A stretch of DNA of 64,000 bases from Lysobacterales bacterium. GTDB taxonomy: Bacteria > Pseudomonadota > Gammaproteobacteria > Xanthomonadales > Marinicellaceae. The translations under genes were made by a program, and so were the position numbers. The stretch spans positions 59,572-123,571 of the forward strand of contig JAMOMK010000104.1 of assembly GCA_027067055.1 (NCBI GenBank), written 5' to 3'. The notes beneath the pieces were generated by a model. The model made no database searches. It saw only the letters and a list, made by a program, of their open reading frames with translations, and was not told the DNA's origin. The first letter of the stretch is position 1. Each line of letters starts with the position of its first letter. Below are positions 31,004 through 39,877 of this stretch, piece by piece.

Positions 31004-32998
31004 TTAAGTTTCCTTATCTTCGCCTTGGCTTTCATCCTTATTCCTTGCTAAGTTCTTAATCATCTTAGTGACACTTGCCACATCAAAGCTTTGTCCTGTG
31101 CCAAGTTTCATCACTTTTGAAACAGCGGCTTGTAGGACATCTGATTTACCAATGGCTCCATCAACAGCCTTACCAACAGCAAGAGAACTCATGAATTTTT
31201 CTAAGAAATCACCATTACCACCGACAATATCGATGTTCGCTTCTTTGAGCGCTTGTGCCAAAATATGCGCTTGTTTATCAGCAATTTCAGTATTGGCTTC
31301 TATCGCGGTCATGTTTTCTTTATGTGCTAAATCTAATGCCATACGGAACTCTTCATGTCCTCGAACATCTTGATTCATGGTTCCTAAAGCTTCAAACTTC
31401 TCCTCTAAACCTTTGGCTTCTGCTGCGTAACGGAGTTGAATCACCTCGGCTTCAGCTTCACCACGTTTCTTAATGGCTTCGGCTTCGGCTACCTTGATTT
31501 TAACATCAACCATGGCTTGTTGTTCTTCACCTTTAGCATCCGCTTCTTTGACTCTTACATGCGCCATACCCACTTCTTCGGCTCCCATAGCTTCTGCCTT
31601 GAACTTACGTTCTTGTACAATAGCTGCGGCAATTCCAGGGGCTGCTACTTTTTCTTTAATACCTTCAGCTAAGCGAATCATCGCATCGGCTTCTTTGCTT
31701 GCAGCTTCGCGTTCGGCTTCGGCTAAGATTATACGTTCAGAAGCCTTATGTTTAGCACGCGTTTCATCGGCTTGTGCGGCTTTGATTTCTTTTATTAACT
31801 CTTGTTCAGCGATGGCTTCAGCATTAATCACATCAGATTTTTTGTTACGTAGTGCCTCTTCAACTAGGCGTAATTCTTTGATCTTTTCTTCCTGCTCGGC
31901 TACGGTTCGCTCTACCGCTATGCGCTCACGGATAACATCGGCTATGTTTTTCTTTTCAACTTCGATGTCTTTTTCTGCATTAATTTCTTGTAAGGCTACT
32001 TCACGTTCGCGGCTAACAATTTCAACTTCTCTGGTACGAATGACTTTTTCTTCTTCAATTGCAACAGCGCGTTTGCGGTTGTTTTCTGCCACTTCGACTT
32101 CGCGTTGTTTGTTTTCTTCTAGCACCTGAACTTCTTGCTCCATGGCAATACGAGCTTGCTCTGATTTAAGTTTTTCTTCAGATTCAATTTTTTCTTGTTC
32201 TGCAGTTTCACGTGCCTGAACTGACGCAACTTCACGACCTTGTTTTGCAACAGCATCCGCTTCTATCCGTTCAAGTTCTAAAATACGTTCACGGGCTTCA
32301 ACATCTCGTTTTTTAATACGCGTTTCTTCATCACGTTCAAATTCATTGGTAAGAATATGTTGTTTCGCAGTCAATTCGGTAATTTTACGAATACCTTGCG
32401 CATCCAAAATATTGTTTTCATCCAATGCACCAATAGGTGTTTGTTCCAAATAATCAATAGCGGCATCTTCTAACACATAACCATTTAAATCCTTGCCGAT
32501 GACCATGATAATTTCATCACGAAATCTATCTCGCTCTTCATATAATTCCTCGAAATCTAACTTCTTACCCACAGTTTTTAAGGCTTCTGAAAATTTTGCA
32601 CTGAATAATTCATCAACCGTGGCTTGTTTGGATGCCCGTTCACAACCTATGGCTTGCGCCACCTTGAGTACATCTTCTTTGGTCTTGTTGACTCGTACAA
32701 AGAAAGTCACTTTAATATCAGCACGAATATTGTCCTTACAAATCAAACCATCTTGTGCTCGTCTATCTATTTCGATAGTTTTTAGAGAGATATTCATAAT
32801 TTCTTTTTTATGAATGATTGGAATGACTAATCGGCCTGTAAAAGTCACATCTGGTACAGCACGTAATGTGTTAACAATCATGGCTTGGCCTTGATCGACC
32901 TTCTTGTAGAATTTCATTAAAATAAGTGCTAACCCCATAATAACGAGGAAAATAATTCCCGCATAGGTTGCAATGGCTATTAATAAATCACTGTTCAT
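31004..32998 (-). CDS. Flotillin (SPFH/band-7) family protein with a long Glu/Ala-rich coiled-coil (YqiK-like)
   Basis: N-terminal TM, SPFH domain, then about 300 aa of EA-rich heptads. Confidence 0.85.
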   Translation of the reverse strand: MNSDLLIAIATYAGIIFLVIMGLALILMKFYKKVDQGQAMIVNTLRAVPDVTFTGRLVIPIIHKKEIMNISLKTIEIDRRAQDGLICKDNIRADIKVTFFVRVNKTKEDVLKVAQAIGCERASKQATVDELFSAKFSEALKTVGKKLDFEELYEERDRFRDEIIMVIGKDLNGYVLEDAAIDYLEQTPIGALDENNILDAQGIRKITELTAKQHILTNEFERDEETRIKKRDVEARERILELERIEADAVAKQGREVASVQARETAEQEKIESEEKLKSEQARIAMEQEVQVLEENKQREVEVAENNRKRAVAIEEEKVIRTREVEIVSREREVALQEINAEKDIEVEKKNIADVIRERIAVERTVAEQEEKIKELRLVEEALRNKKSDVINAEAIAEQELIKEIKAAQADETRAKHKASERIILAEAEREAASKEADAMIRLAEGIKEKVAAPGIAAAIVQERKFKAEAMGAEEVGMAHVRVKEADAKGEEQQAMVDVKIKVAEAEAIKKRGEAEAEVIQLRYAAEAKGLEEKFEALGTMNQDVRGHEEFRMALDLAHKENMTAIEANTEIADKQAHILAQALKEANIDIVGGNGDFLEKFMSSLAVGKAVDGAIGKSDVLQAAVSKVMKLGTGQSFDVASVTKMIKNLARNKDESQGEDKET

Positions 32999-33053
32999 AT
33001 TTTTGCTCCGTTTGTATTTGAGAAATTCTAACTTTTGTTAGAATGACGGTCTT

Positions 33054-33704
33054 TTATAGTTTTGCTACGTTATAGCAATCATCTTTTTCAATGTATTCGA
33101 TAAGGATTACCTTATCCCCTTTTTTAATTTTTTTATCTACTGGCGCTCTTATTGATAAAATCATTCCAGCTTCACCATCTTCCAATGTTGCTTGTCCAAA
33201 CTCTTCATTAACTTTACCTGTTGTTACTTCACACTCTTGCCCAATAAGTGTACTTTTCTTTACTGCTGTATGAGCGATAAAGAAGCCTTTAAATGGCCTT
33301 ATTGTTAAGGCTGTAATTGGAATAGATATGGCAAAACAAACTAAAATTAAAGCTACTCCTATTGCATAACGTACTATATCTATTGGTATATGGACTAAAA
33401 TAAGCGATGTAGCCAGATAACATATTAGCCATGAGGTAACGATTAATAATGACAGAACAACTGTGATTGGTACTCCTGTTAAACCCCAGTTGAGCATAAA
33501 TCCGGCTAAACCACTTAAACCTTCGGCATCTGGATTGATACTGACTTCAGTCTCAAAATCCGTTTCAATCTCAATATCAGCATCAAACATCTCAATGTCA
33601 ACGACACCTATAAATGCCATCATCCAGTACAAAAGCACGATAATTAACAGAAATGTGTAAACTACCACAGGAAATGTTGTTAAGTTTGCTAAAAATGTAT
33701 CCAT
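33054..33704 (-). CDS. NfeD-like membrane protein (YqiJ-like) with a C-terminal OB-fold
   Basis: Polytopic N-terminus plus C-terminal GQECEVTTGKV..GEAGMILSIRAP..KGDKVILIEY. Immediately upstream of the flotillin gene, as in NfeD-SPFH operons. Confidence 0.7.
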   Translation of the reverse strand: MDTFLANLTTFPVVVYTFLLIIVLLYWMMAFIGVVDIEMFDADIEIETDFETEVSINPDAEGLSGLAGFMLNWGLTGVPITVVLSLLIVTSWLICYLATSLILVHIPIDIVRYAIGVALILVCFAISIPITALTIRPFKGFFIAHTAVKKSTLIGQECEVTTGKVNEEFGQATLEDGEAGMILSIRAPVDKKIKKGDKVILIEYIEKDDCYNVAKL

Positions 33705-34042
33705 TATTTTTTCACCTCATCACTTTTACTTGCGTGTTTAATTAGTATTTCTGCTGCACGTTTTTTTATCTCTAATTTATTGTCTTCTTCTACACCAAAT
33801 TTTTGAGCTAAAAACTTCATGTCTGCACCATTTAATGAAATGGACAACCGCAGTCGTTTCGGTTTTCGTGATATTTTCAACCCTAACAATTCACGAATTC
33901 GATCCGAGGGATTGAGATCCCTGTCAAGCGCTTCCTTGCGAATGACGTATTGAATCTTTTCACCCACATCAAAGGCAACTTGTGTGGCTTTAATGGCTTT
34001 TTCTTCTTTTTCCCACTTTTGTAGGATTTTTTTCTTTTTCAT
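33704..34042 (-). CDS. Hypothetical Lys-rich 112-aa protein; its stop shares one base with the NfeD start
   Basis: ORF, with translational coupling (TAATG). Confidence 0.45.
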   Translation of the reverse strand: MKKKKILQKWEKEEKAIKATQVAFDVGEKIQYVIRKEALDRDLNPSDRIRELLGLKISRKPKRLRLSISLNGADMKFLAQKFGVEEDNKLEIKKRAAEILIKHASKSDEVKK

Positions 34043-34130
34043 AGGCTGGCTGTTTTATTTAAATTTATGTCGTCACATAAACCTTATCTTATTTATCAAG
34101 GCGCCCAAAAGGGACGCCACTACCTTTTAA

Positions 34131-34841
34131 TTACGCTTTCTTCTTGGAGCTTTTTGCTTTTAAACGTGCCAACACCGCTTCTGCAGCACTTTGCGTATCA
34201 CCAATACCAGCCTCTTTCATCTTGTCTGATAAGTTTTTACCACTATTTTCAGCATCTAACTGATCGGCGGCTAAGTTTCTATCATCAAAGTCTTCTTGTT
34301 TTTTACGGATTCTGTCCAATGATTCTTTTGCAGACATCAAGGTCGAATCAGTTGTGCCAAAGTTGTCGGTAATGGCAGCAGTGGCTTTTTGTACATTTTC
34401 AGTAGTTTTCACCATCGTTAATTGACGTTCATAATCCTTGAGCTGTCTTTCGGCTTTTTCCATCATGCTTTTGAGTTTTCCAATGTGCTTTTCATACGAT
34501 TGTTGTGCATCAACTTGCTGTGCCTTATCTTGTTCAAGCTCTGCCACTTTAGTGGCAATTTCCAAAGCTAAGGTTTCTTCTTTTTTGGCTAAAGCATCAG
34601 CAACATAGCCTTCATTTTTGTCAATTTCTGCCGTTATGGATTCAACCTTTCGTGATGCCTGCATTTCTTTTGCCATCACTTGGGTTAAATCATGTTTAGC
34701 TTTTTTCAAGCTTTCTTGAGCATCTTCAATTTCTTGTTCAAAGATACGCGTGCCTTGAGAATCGACTATCGACTCGCCTAACTCACGCGTTCCACCTCGA
34801 ATTGCTGTCATTATTTTCTTTAATATGTTCATGTTATTCAC
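34131..34841 (-). CDS. PspA/IM30-family protein (YjfJ-like; ESCRT-III superfamily)
   Basis: Coiled-coil PspA pattern: MNILKKIMTAIRG..E.IVD...R.FEQEI.DA...L..A... Confidence 0.8.
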   Translation of the reverse strand: MNNMNILKKIMTAIRGGTRELGESIVDSQGTRIFEQEIEDAQESLKKAKHDLTQVMAKEMQASRKVESITAEIDKNEGYVADALAKKEETLALEIATKVAELEQDKAQQVDAQQSYEKHIGKLKSMMEKAERQLKDYERQLTMVKTTENVQKATAAITDNFGTTDSTLMSAKESLDRIRKKQEDFDDRNLAADQLDAENSGKNLSDKMKEAGIGDTQSAAEAVLARLKAKSSKKKA

Positions 34842-34856
34842 CTTATAAATGTTACG

Positions 34857-35264
34857 TTATTTTAAAAAGTCTTCCATAGCGGTAACAACATCTATGGCAT
34901 TTTCATTAAGTGTCACCACTTCTTCTACAACTTTATCTAAATTTGAATTAACCGACAATGCTCCATAAAGAACAAATCGATTACCCACTCGCGCATAAGC
35001 AGACAGTGGTATGGAAATACTGGTATCGAGCATCATTTCTAACATTTCGACGCGCTTTTCTGGCTTAACTTCATCTTCTGACCATAAATAGACAATACAC
35101 AATATTTGGCTTTGGGTTTTGGTCATAAATATAGGGAAACCATTCATTCCATTAACTTCAACCTGCAAAACTTCCACTTCTCCATTAATAGTTTGGCAAT
35201 CAAAAGTAAATCCCTCTTTCGTTCTATTCTGCGATATTCGTATAGCGTAATCCTGTATATTCAT
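34857..35264 (-). CDS. YjfI-like (DUF2170) protein
   Basis: Resembles the partner of PspA-like YjfJ in the E. coli yjfIJ operon. Start taken at MNIQDYAIRISQ (135 aa). Confidence 0.55.
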   Translation of the reverse strand: MNIQDYAIRISQNRTKEGFTFDCQTINGEVEVLQVEVNGMNGFPIFMTKTQSQILCIVYLWSEDEVKPEKRVEMLEMMLDTSISIPLSAYARVGNRFVLYGALSVNSNLDKVVEEVVTLNENAIDVVTAMEDFLK

Positions 35265-36133
35265 TCTTGTTTTTCTCCTAACAGTTTGTTTGCTTAATGA
35301 CATAATATGGCAAATGCCATAATATGTCAAGGTATTTTTGACATATTATGGCGTAAATAATGTAAATCCTGTTGAAATCAACTATAAGGAGAATGGTTGT
35401 ATAACATGGAATTGGACGATGATAGACCACATTAATGGCTCTATCTGAAATACAGTGGGTAATCTAGTCTAAATTATTTCACATAAGAAGAAATTTACTG
35501 TCTTATGGATTGATTGAAATTTCCTCCATTGTGTAATTTTTACTTATACAAGTAAACTCTCAACACAGGGGGCTGGACTTTACTGCAATTTGTTTTATAC
35601 ATTGATACCAGCATTAGACTTAAATTTTAATACTCTAGTCAAAGCAGGGTTCACCAACCAATGACAATAAATAAAAGCACAAAACTTTCAGTTAATATCC
35701 ATTGCTAGAAACTCTACTTTTTTAAGAAACTTGCAAAGAGCAGTGTACTGGAAGACTGTTTTGATGAAGTATTGATGATTTAAATTGATTACTTTTATGA
35801 AAAGGTAGTATTAAAAATACGCGACTAAAGTCACGTCCCCAGTTTTGATTGTGGGTTTGTTTTAGGCAGCCAGTATAATCATCTACCCACTTAATTTCAT
35901 ATAGAGCCACATTAATTTACCGCCGCGATAAGGAGTTATTATCTTACAGGCTTCTACTTTTATTTTTTCTGATGCAGAGAAAAGGAATTTATAAAGTTAT
36001 GTTGTATTTTTTCTGATTAGATTGCTTTAGAAATTTTCTTCATCAAAGAAGAAAAATTGAGCTTACGAGTAGTAAGTGAAATTTTTCTGATGCAGAGGAA
36101 GGAGGTTTATGAAGTAATATCATCAGAAAAAAA

Positions 36134-36231
36134 GGTGACTTCCGTTAGCCGCTCTTACCACACAGCGTTACGACTGTGGCTGCTCCCTTCCGGGCCTGAC
36201 CAAGTCCACCGCTAGCCGTTGATAAGTGACC
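36134..36231 (-). ncRNA. ffs: Signal recognition particle RNA (4.5S, small type)
   Basis: Minus strand reads ..TTGGTCAGGCCCGGAAGGGAGCAGCCAC.. This is the conserved domain IV (GGUCAGG.CC-GGAA-GG.AGCAGCC, GGAA tetraloop). It is GC-rich in an AT-rich context and followed by UUUUUUU. Confidence 0.6.
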
Positions 36232-36266
36232 AACGAAAGTCGATGTGCATTATCTATTATGTTTTG

Positions 36267-36956
36267 TTATTTCTCAAGCACTATTTTCTTTAATAGCGGA
36301 ATTGTTACCTGCTTTTTTTCAACTAAGGTTGCTTGGTCAAGTTTTATCAATAATGAACTTAAGTACGACATATTCATGGCACAGTTATTTTTGAGGTAAT
36401 TTTCTATCTTGTCGTCGATTTTGATGCCATTATTGGCTGCTTGATTTTTAAACACGTGAAGAGCATCCTCACGATTGAGGGTCTTTAACTCGTATGTTCT
36501 TCCTGCTTGAAGACGTGAACGCAAATCAGGTAGTTGCCACTGCGTGCTATTATTGGAGAGTTGTCCTGCAAGGATTATTTTTTTGCCTGCTTGTTTTATT
36601 TCGTTTATCCAAATAAATAAAGCTTCTTCACGTGTTTTGTTTTGCGCAATATTTTCGACATTATCAAGACAAATGATGTCAAACATGTCGATGAGTTGCA
36701 CATTTTGTCTTTTATCTAACTCTAATGGTTTGACCACTACTGCTAATTTACTTTGCGATAATAATTGGGTAACATAGGCTTGTAATAGGTGCGTTTTACC
36801 AGAGCCTGTTTCTCCCCACATATAAAAAATCACTTCACTTGATTGAATGAAGCTTTTTAAACTTTCTATCAATACATGGTTTTTTCCTTCTAGAAAATCA
36901 ACAAATGTTTTGGTTTGGGTGTTTTTAAAATCCAGTGGCAGCTGTTGTTCAGTCAC
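36267..36956 (-). CDS. hda: DnaA regulatory inactivator Hda
   Basis: AAA+ P-loop GETGSGKTHLL and DnaA-homologue length/order. The clamp-binding N-terminus QLPL is present. Confidence 0.8.
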   Translation of the reverse strand: MTEQQLPLDFKNTQTKTFVDFLEGKNHVLIESLKSFIQSSEVIFYMWGETGSGKTHLLQAYVTQLLSQSKLAVVVKPLELDKRQNVQLIDMFDIICLDNVENIAQNKTREEALFIWINEIKQAGKKIILAGQLSNNSTQWQLPDLRSRLQAGRTYELKTLNREDALHVFKNQAANNGIKIDDKIENYLKNNCAMNMSYLSSLLIKLDQATLVEKKQVTIPLLKKIVLEK

Positions 36957-38076
36957 TTTTGGGCTCTTTTTTTGATTTTGTTTTCTTTTTGGGAGTTGTG
37001 TTGCTTAAACTAAAGTCATCACCATCACCGTACATTTTACTTTGTATATAGTTTTGGTGAGCAAATCGCAATAATACCATAACCACTGCAGCTATTGGCA
37101 AACCGAGCAAAATTCCGACAAAACCAAAGAGCTGCCCACCTGCTAATACTGCAAATATAACGGCAACTGGGTGCAATCCTATTTTATCGCCAACTAACCA
37201 TGGAGTTAATACAAAGCCTTCTAATAATTGCCCTACACCAAATACAATCAAAACATAAACTACAAATGTTGGATCGCCAAATTGCACAAAAGCAGTAATG
37301 ACACCAACAACCATACCTGTTATGGCTCCAAGATATGGAATGAAAGAGACAATGCCTGCACCCATTCCAATTAGCAGTGATAAATCTAATCCTATAATCA
37401 TTAAACCAATGGAATAAATAACACCCAGTGCTAACATAACCGAAAACTGACCACGAAGAAATGCACTTAAGACACTGTTTGATTCTGTCACCAGTTTGTT
37501 GATTGTTGGGTAAACAGGACGTGGAATAAGCTCTCCTACTCGCGCTGTTAATATATCCCAATCACGAAGCAAGTAAAACGTAACAACTGGAATAAGGACA
37601 ATATTCATCATCCAGTTGACCACCACCATACTGCTTTTTGACAGTGAAGAAACGATTGTTTTGGCAATACCTCCCGCTTCATTCCAATGAGCTTTGAGTA
37701 AATCTGTTAATTCTGAAAAGTTAAACAAGTCGGTTTGCAAACCAAATTTTTCACGTAACCATGGCGTAACATTATCACTAAGGTATTGAAAATATCTAGG
37801 CAAATTAGTGATTAAATTTGATGTTTGACGTTCTAAAGTTGGTATTAATACCAACAATATAAGGAAGACAATAATAATCATAACAATAAAAACAATAACC
37901 ACTGAGAGTGTTCGTGAGAGCTTCCAACTTTCTAATTTATCGGCAAATGGATCAAATAGGTAGGCTATGAGCGCACTTATAGCAAAGGGAGTTAAAATAG
38001 GTGCAAGTAAGTAAATAAGCATTCCTAATAGTAGAAATACGGCTAAAAAATACCAACGATTTGAATCGACTAACAT
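36949..38076 (-). CDS. AI-2E family transporter (PerM/YdiK-like)
   Basis: 8-TM AI-2E pattern. Overlaps the hda start. Confidence 0.8.
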   Translation of the reverse strand: MLVDSNRWYFLAVFLLLGMLIYLLAPILTPFAISALIAYLFDPFADKLESWKLSRTLSVVIVFIVMIIIVFLILLVLIPTLERQTSNLITNLPRYFQYLSDNVTPWLREKFGLQTDLFNFSELTDLLKAHWNEAGGIAKTIVSSLSKSSMVVVNWMMNIVLIPVVTFYLLRDWDILTARVGELIPRPVYPTINKLVTESNSVLSAFLRGQFSVMLALGVIYSIGLMIIGLDLSLLIGMGAGIVSFIPYLGAITGMVVGVITAFVQFGDPTFVVYVLIVFGVGQLLEGFVLTPWLVGDKIGLHPVAVIFAVLAGGQLFGFVGILLGLPIAAVVMVLLRFAHQNYIQSKMYGDGDDFSLSNTTPKKKTKSKKEPKSD

Positions 38077-38652
38077 TTACTCTGACTCCGTGTTTTGTTT
38101 TTGTAAAAAGGACTTTCTATGGGTGAAGAACAAATATACATAATGTAAACCACTAATAACAGTGAAGAAAGTCACTAAATAGATTAATCCTTGAAGAATA
38201 CTCTCATTAAATTGATAAATAGAATAGTGAGCAAGCACAACGACAATTAATAAAATTTGCAGTGCTGTGTTTGTCTTACTTAATAGGCTCGGTTGTGTCT
38301 TTTGCATTTTATCAACGGTAAAATGGTATAGCGTTGTACCCGTAACAATCACCACGTCACGAGCCAAAACAACTATTAACAACCAATTTGGGATAATATT
38401 TTGTACCGCGAACACCAAAAAACAGCATAACATCATAAACTTATCAGCCAGAGGGTCTAAAATACCACCAAGCCAACCTTCCCAACCAAAACGTTTAGCC
38501 AAAAAACCATCCAGCAAATCTGAAAAACCTGCGACCATCGCAATATAAAAAGACACCTCATAATTTTTTTCAAGCATAAACCAAACCAATGGAATCATCG
38601 CAAAGATTCGTGCAAATGTTATGGCATTAGGAATGTGTCGCAACCAGGTCAT
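38077..38652 (-). CDS. CDP-alcohol phosphatidyltransferase family protein
   Basis: D..GF.AR....S..G..LD...D motif region (FSDLLDGFLAKRFG...GGILDPLADK). Confidence 0.8.
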   Translation of the reverse strand: MTWLRHIPNAITFARIFAMIPLVWFMLEKNYEVSFYIAMVAGFSDLLDGFLAKRFGWEGWLGGILDPLADKFMMLCCFLVFAVQNIIPNWLLIVVLARDVVIVTGTTLYHFTVDKMQKTQPSLLSKTNTALQILLIVVVLAHYSIYQFNESILQGLIYLVTFFTVISGLHYVYLFFTHRKSFLQKQNTESE

Positions 38653-39722
38653 AAGTTGTTGTATGAAAAAACGAGTTGATTAATAGAACCTTGTTCGATT
38701 GGCAACAATATGTTATCACGACTTATCATCAAAAGAAATGAATCTGTTGTTACTGTTAGTTCACTGGTCAGAACCAATTGGTTTTGTGTCGCAGAGACAA
38801 TCATCGAATCATCAATAACAGACAGTCGCTTTAAATATTCTTGCACATACATAACATTATCATAACTGAACAAATTATTTATCACTATTTGGACAGTGTG
38901 TCTTTGTATGTTGGTACTATCAATTTTATATTGCGATGCAAACCTTTTACTTAAATCTTCAAAAACCGAATACATTAGCGAACCCATATCGCCTGTTTCG
39001 TCTTGAAAGTGGCTCATTGCCATTTCTTGTCCAGTGTGAAAATAACCAGATCGTGCTTTAACCTTGTCGGTTTTATTGTCAATTGATAGCAACAAATTAT
39101 GGTCTACATAATAGCGGCCCTGCGCTTGTTTTTGTGCTTCAAAAGACAAAGACTTAATAGATTGTGGAGAAACATTGATAAGATCAATTTCATCCATCTT
39201 TGGTAGAACTAGATTAATGCCCATCACTTGAGCCCAGTGGTTCAGCCAATACATAATGTTTTCGTCATCAAAAGCATATATTAATTCAGGCTGATTTGAT
39301 TCATTATTTTCAACTACCCATGCCATGACTTTTTCACGGCTACGAGGCAATACAGAAAAATGAGCATCTGCAATAATTTTATCAATGAACTTCTCTTGCA
39401 TGACTGCATAAAACCAATATTTGTATGGGCTGTTTTCAGATAGAAAGTTGTTATCAATTTGTTCAACGTATGAACGTTTCAAACCCGATTTAATATTGGC
39501 TTCAATAAAAACAGGGTTGTTTAGCACATCAGAAATTGATTCGCCTGTATTATTGACGATAATTTGAGCAAAGACTTGTTTAAGTTTCAACTCATCATTA
39601 AGATTTGTATCCTCAACCAATATTGCACTTTTGCTTTGATCAAAAGCCGCAGCATTAGCGCAAAAAATGGCAACCAATACTATCCAAATCACTGTATTTT
39701 TAGAAAACAAAATATTCCTCAT
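38649..39722 (-). CDS. Hypothetical periplasmic protein (357 aa), conserved neighbour of the hda cluster
   Basis: Signal peptide. I recall a DUF2066-type protein at this position in other gammaproteobacteria but cannot verify it. Confidence 0.5.
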   Translation of the reverse strand: MRNILFSKNTVIWIVLVAIFCANAAAFDQSKSAILVEDTNLNDELKLKQVFAQIIVNNTGESISDVLNNPVFIEANIKSGLKRSYVEQIDNNFLSENSPYKYWFYAVMQEKFIDKIIADAHFSVLPRSREKVMAWVVENNESNQPELIYAFDDENIMYWLNHWAQVMGINLVLPKMDEIDLINVSPQSIKSLSFEAQKQAQGRYYVDHNLLLSIDNKTDKVKARSGYFHTGQEMAMSHFQDETGDMGSLMYSVFEDLSKRFASQYKIDSTNIQRHTVQIVINNLFSYDNVMYVQEYLKRLSVIDDSMIVSATQNQLVLTSELTVTTDSFLLMISRDNILLPIEQGSINQLVFSYNNL

Positions 39723-39877
39723 GTTTAAAACTTATTTAACGGCTATTATCCCTAATTGTACCTCATAAATAAAGGTCTAAGATAAAACACTCGATATTTA
39801 GTAAATTGTTTAGACTAGTGTGCACTGTTGAGTTAAAATGCCCATCCAGCCGATAATCACTCATACGACATAAAATT

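Noticed and set aside
31473-32129. 218-aa Ala/Ser-rich ORF on the plus strand
   Set aside because: It is antisense to the flotillin EA-rich coiled-coil region. The low-complexity mirror-frame translation of GAA/GCx repeats is not a real gene.
35845-35871. TTGATT ... TATAAT promoter-like pair upstream of the ffs region
   Set aside because: The spacer lengths (23 or 11 nt) do not fit sigma-70 geometry.
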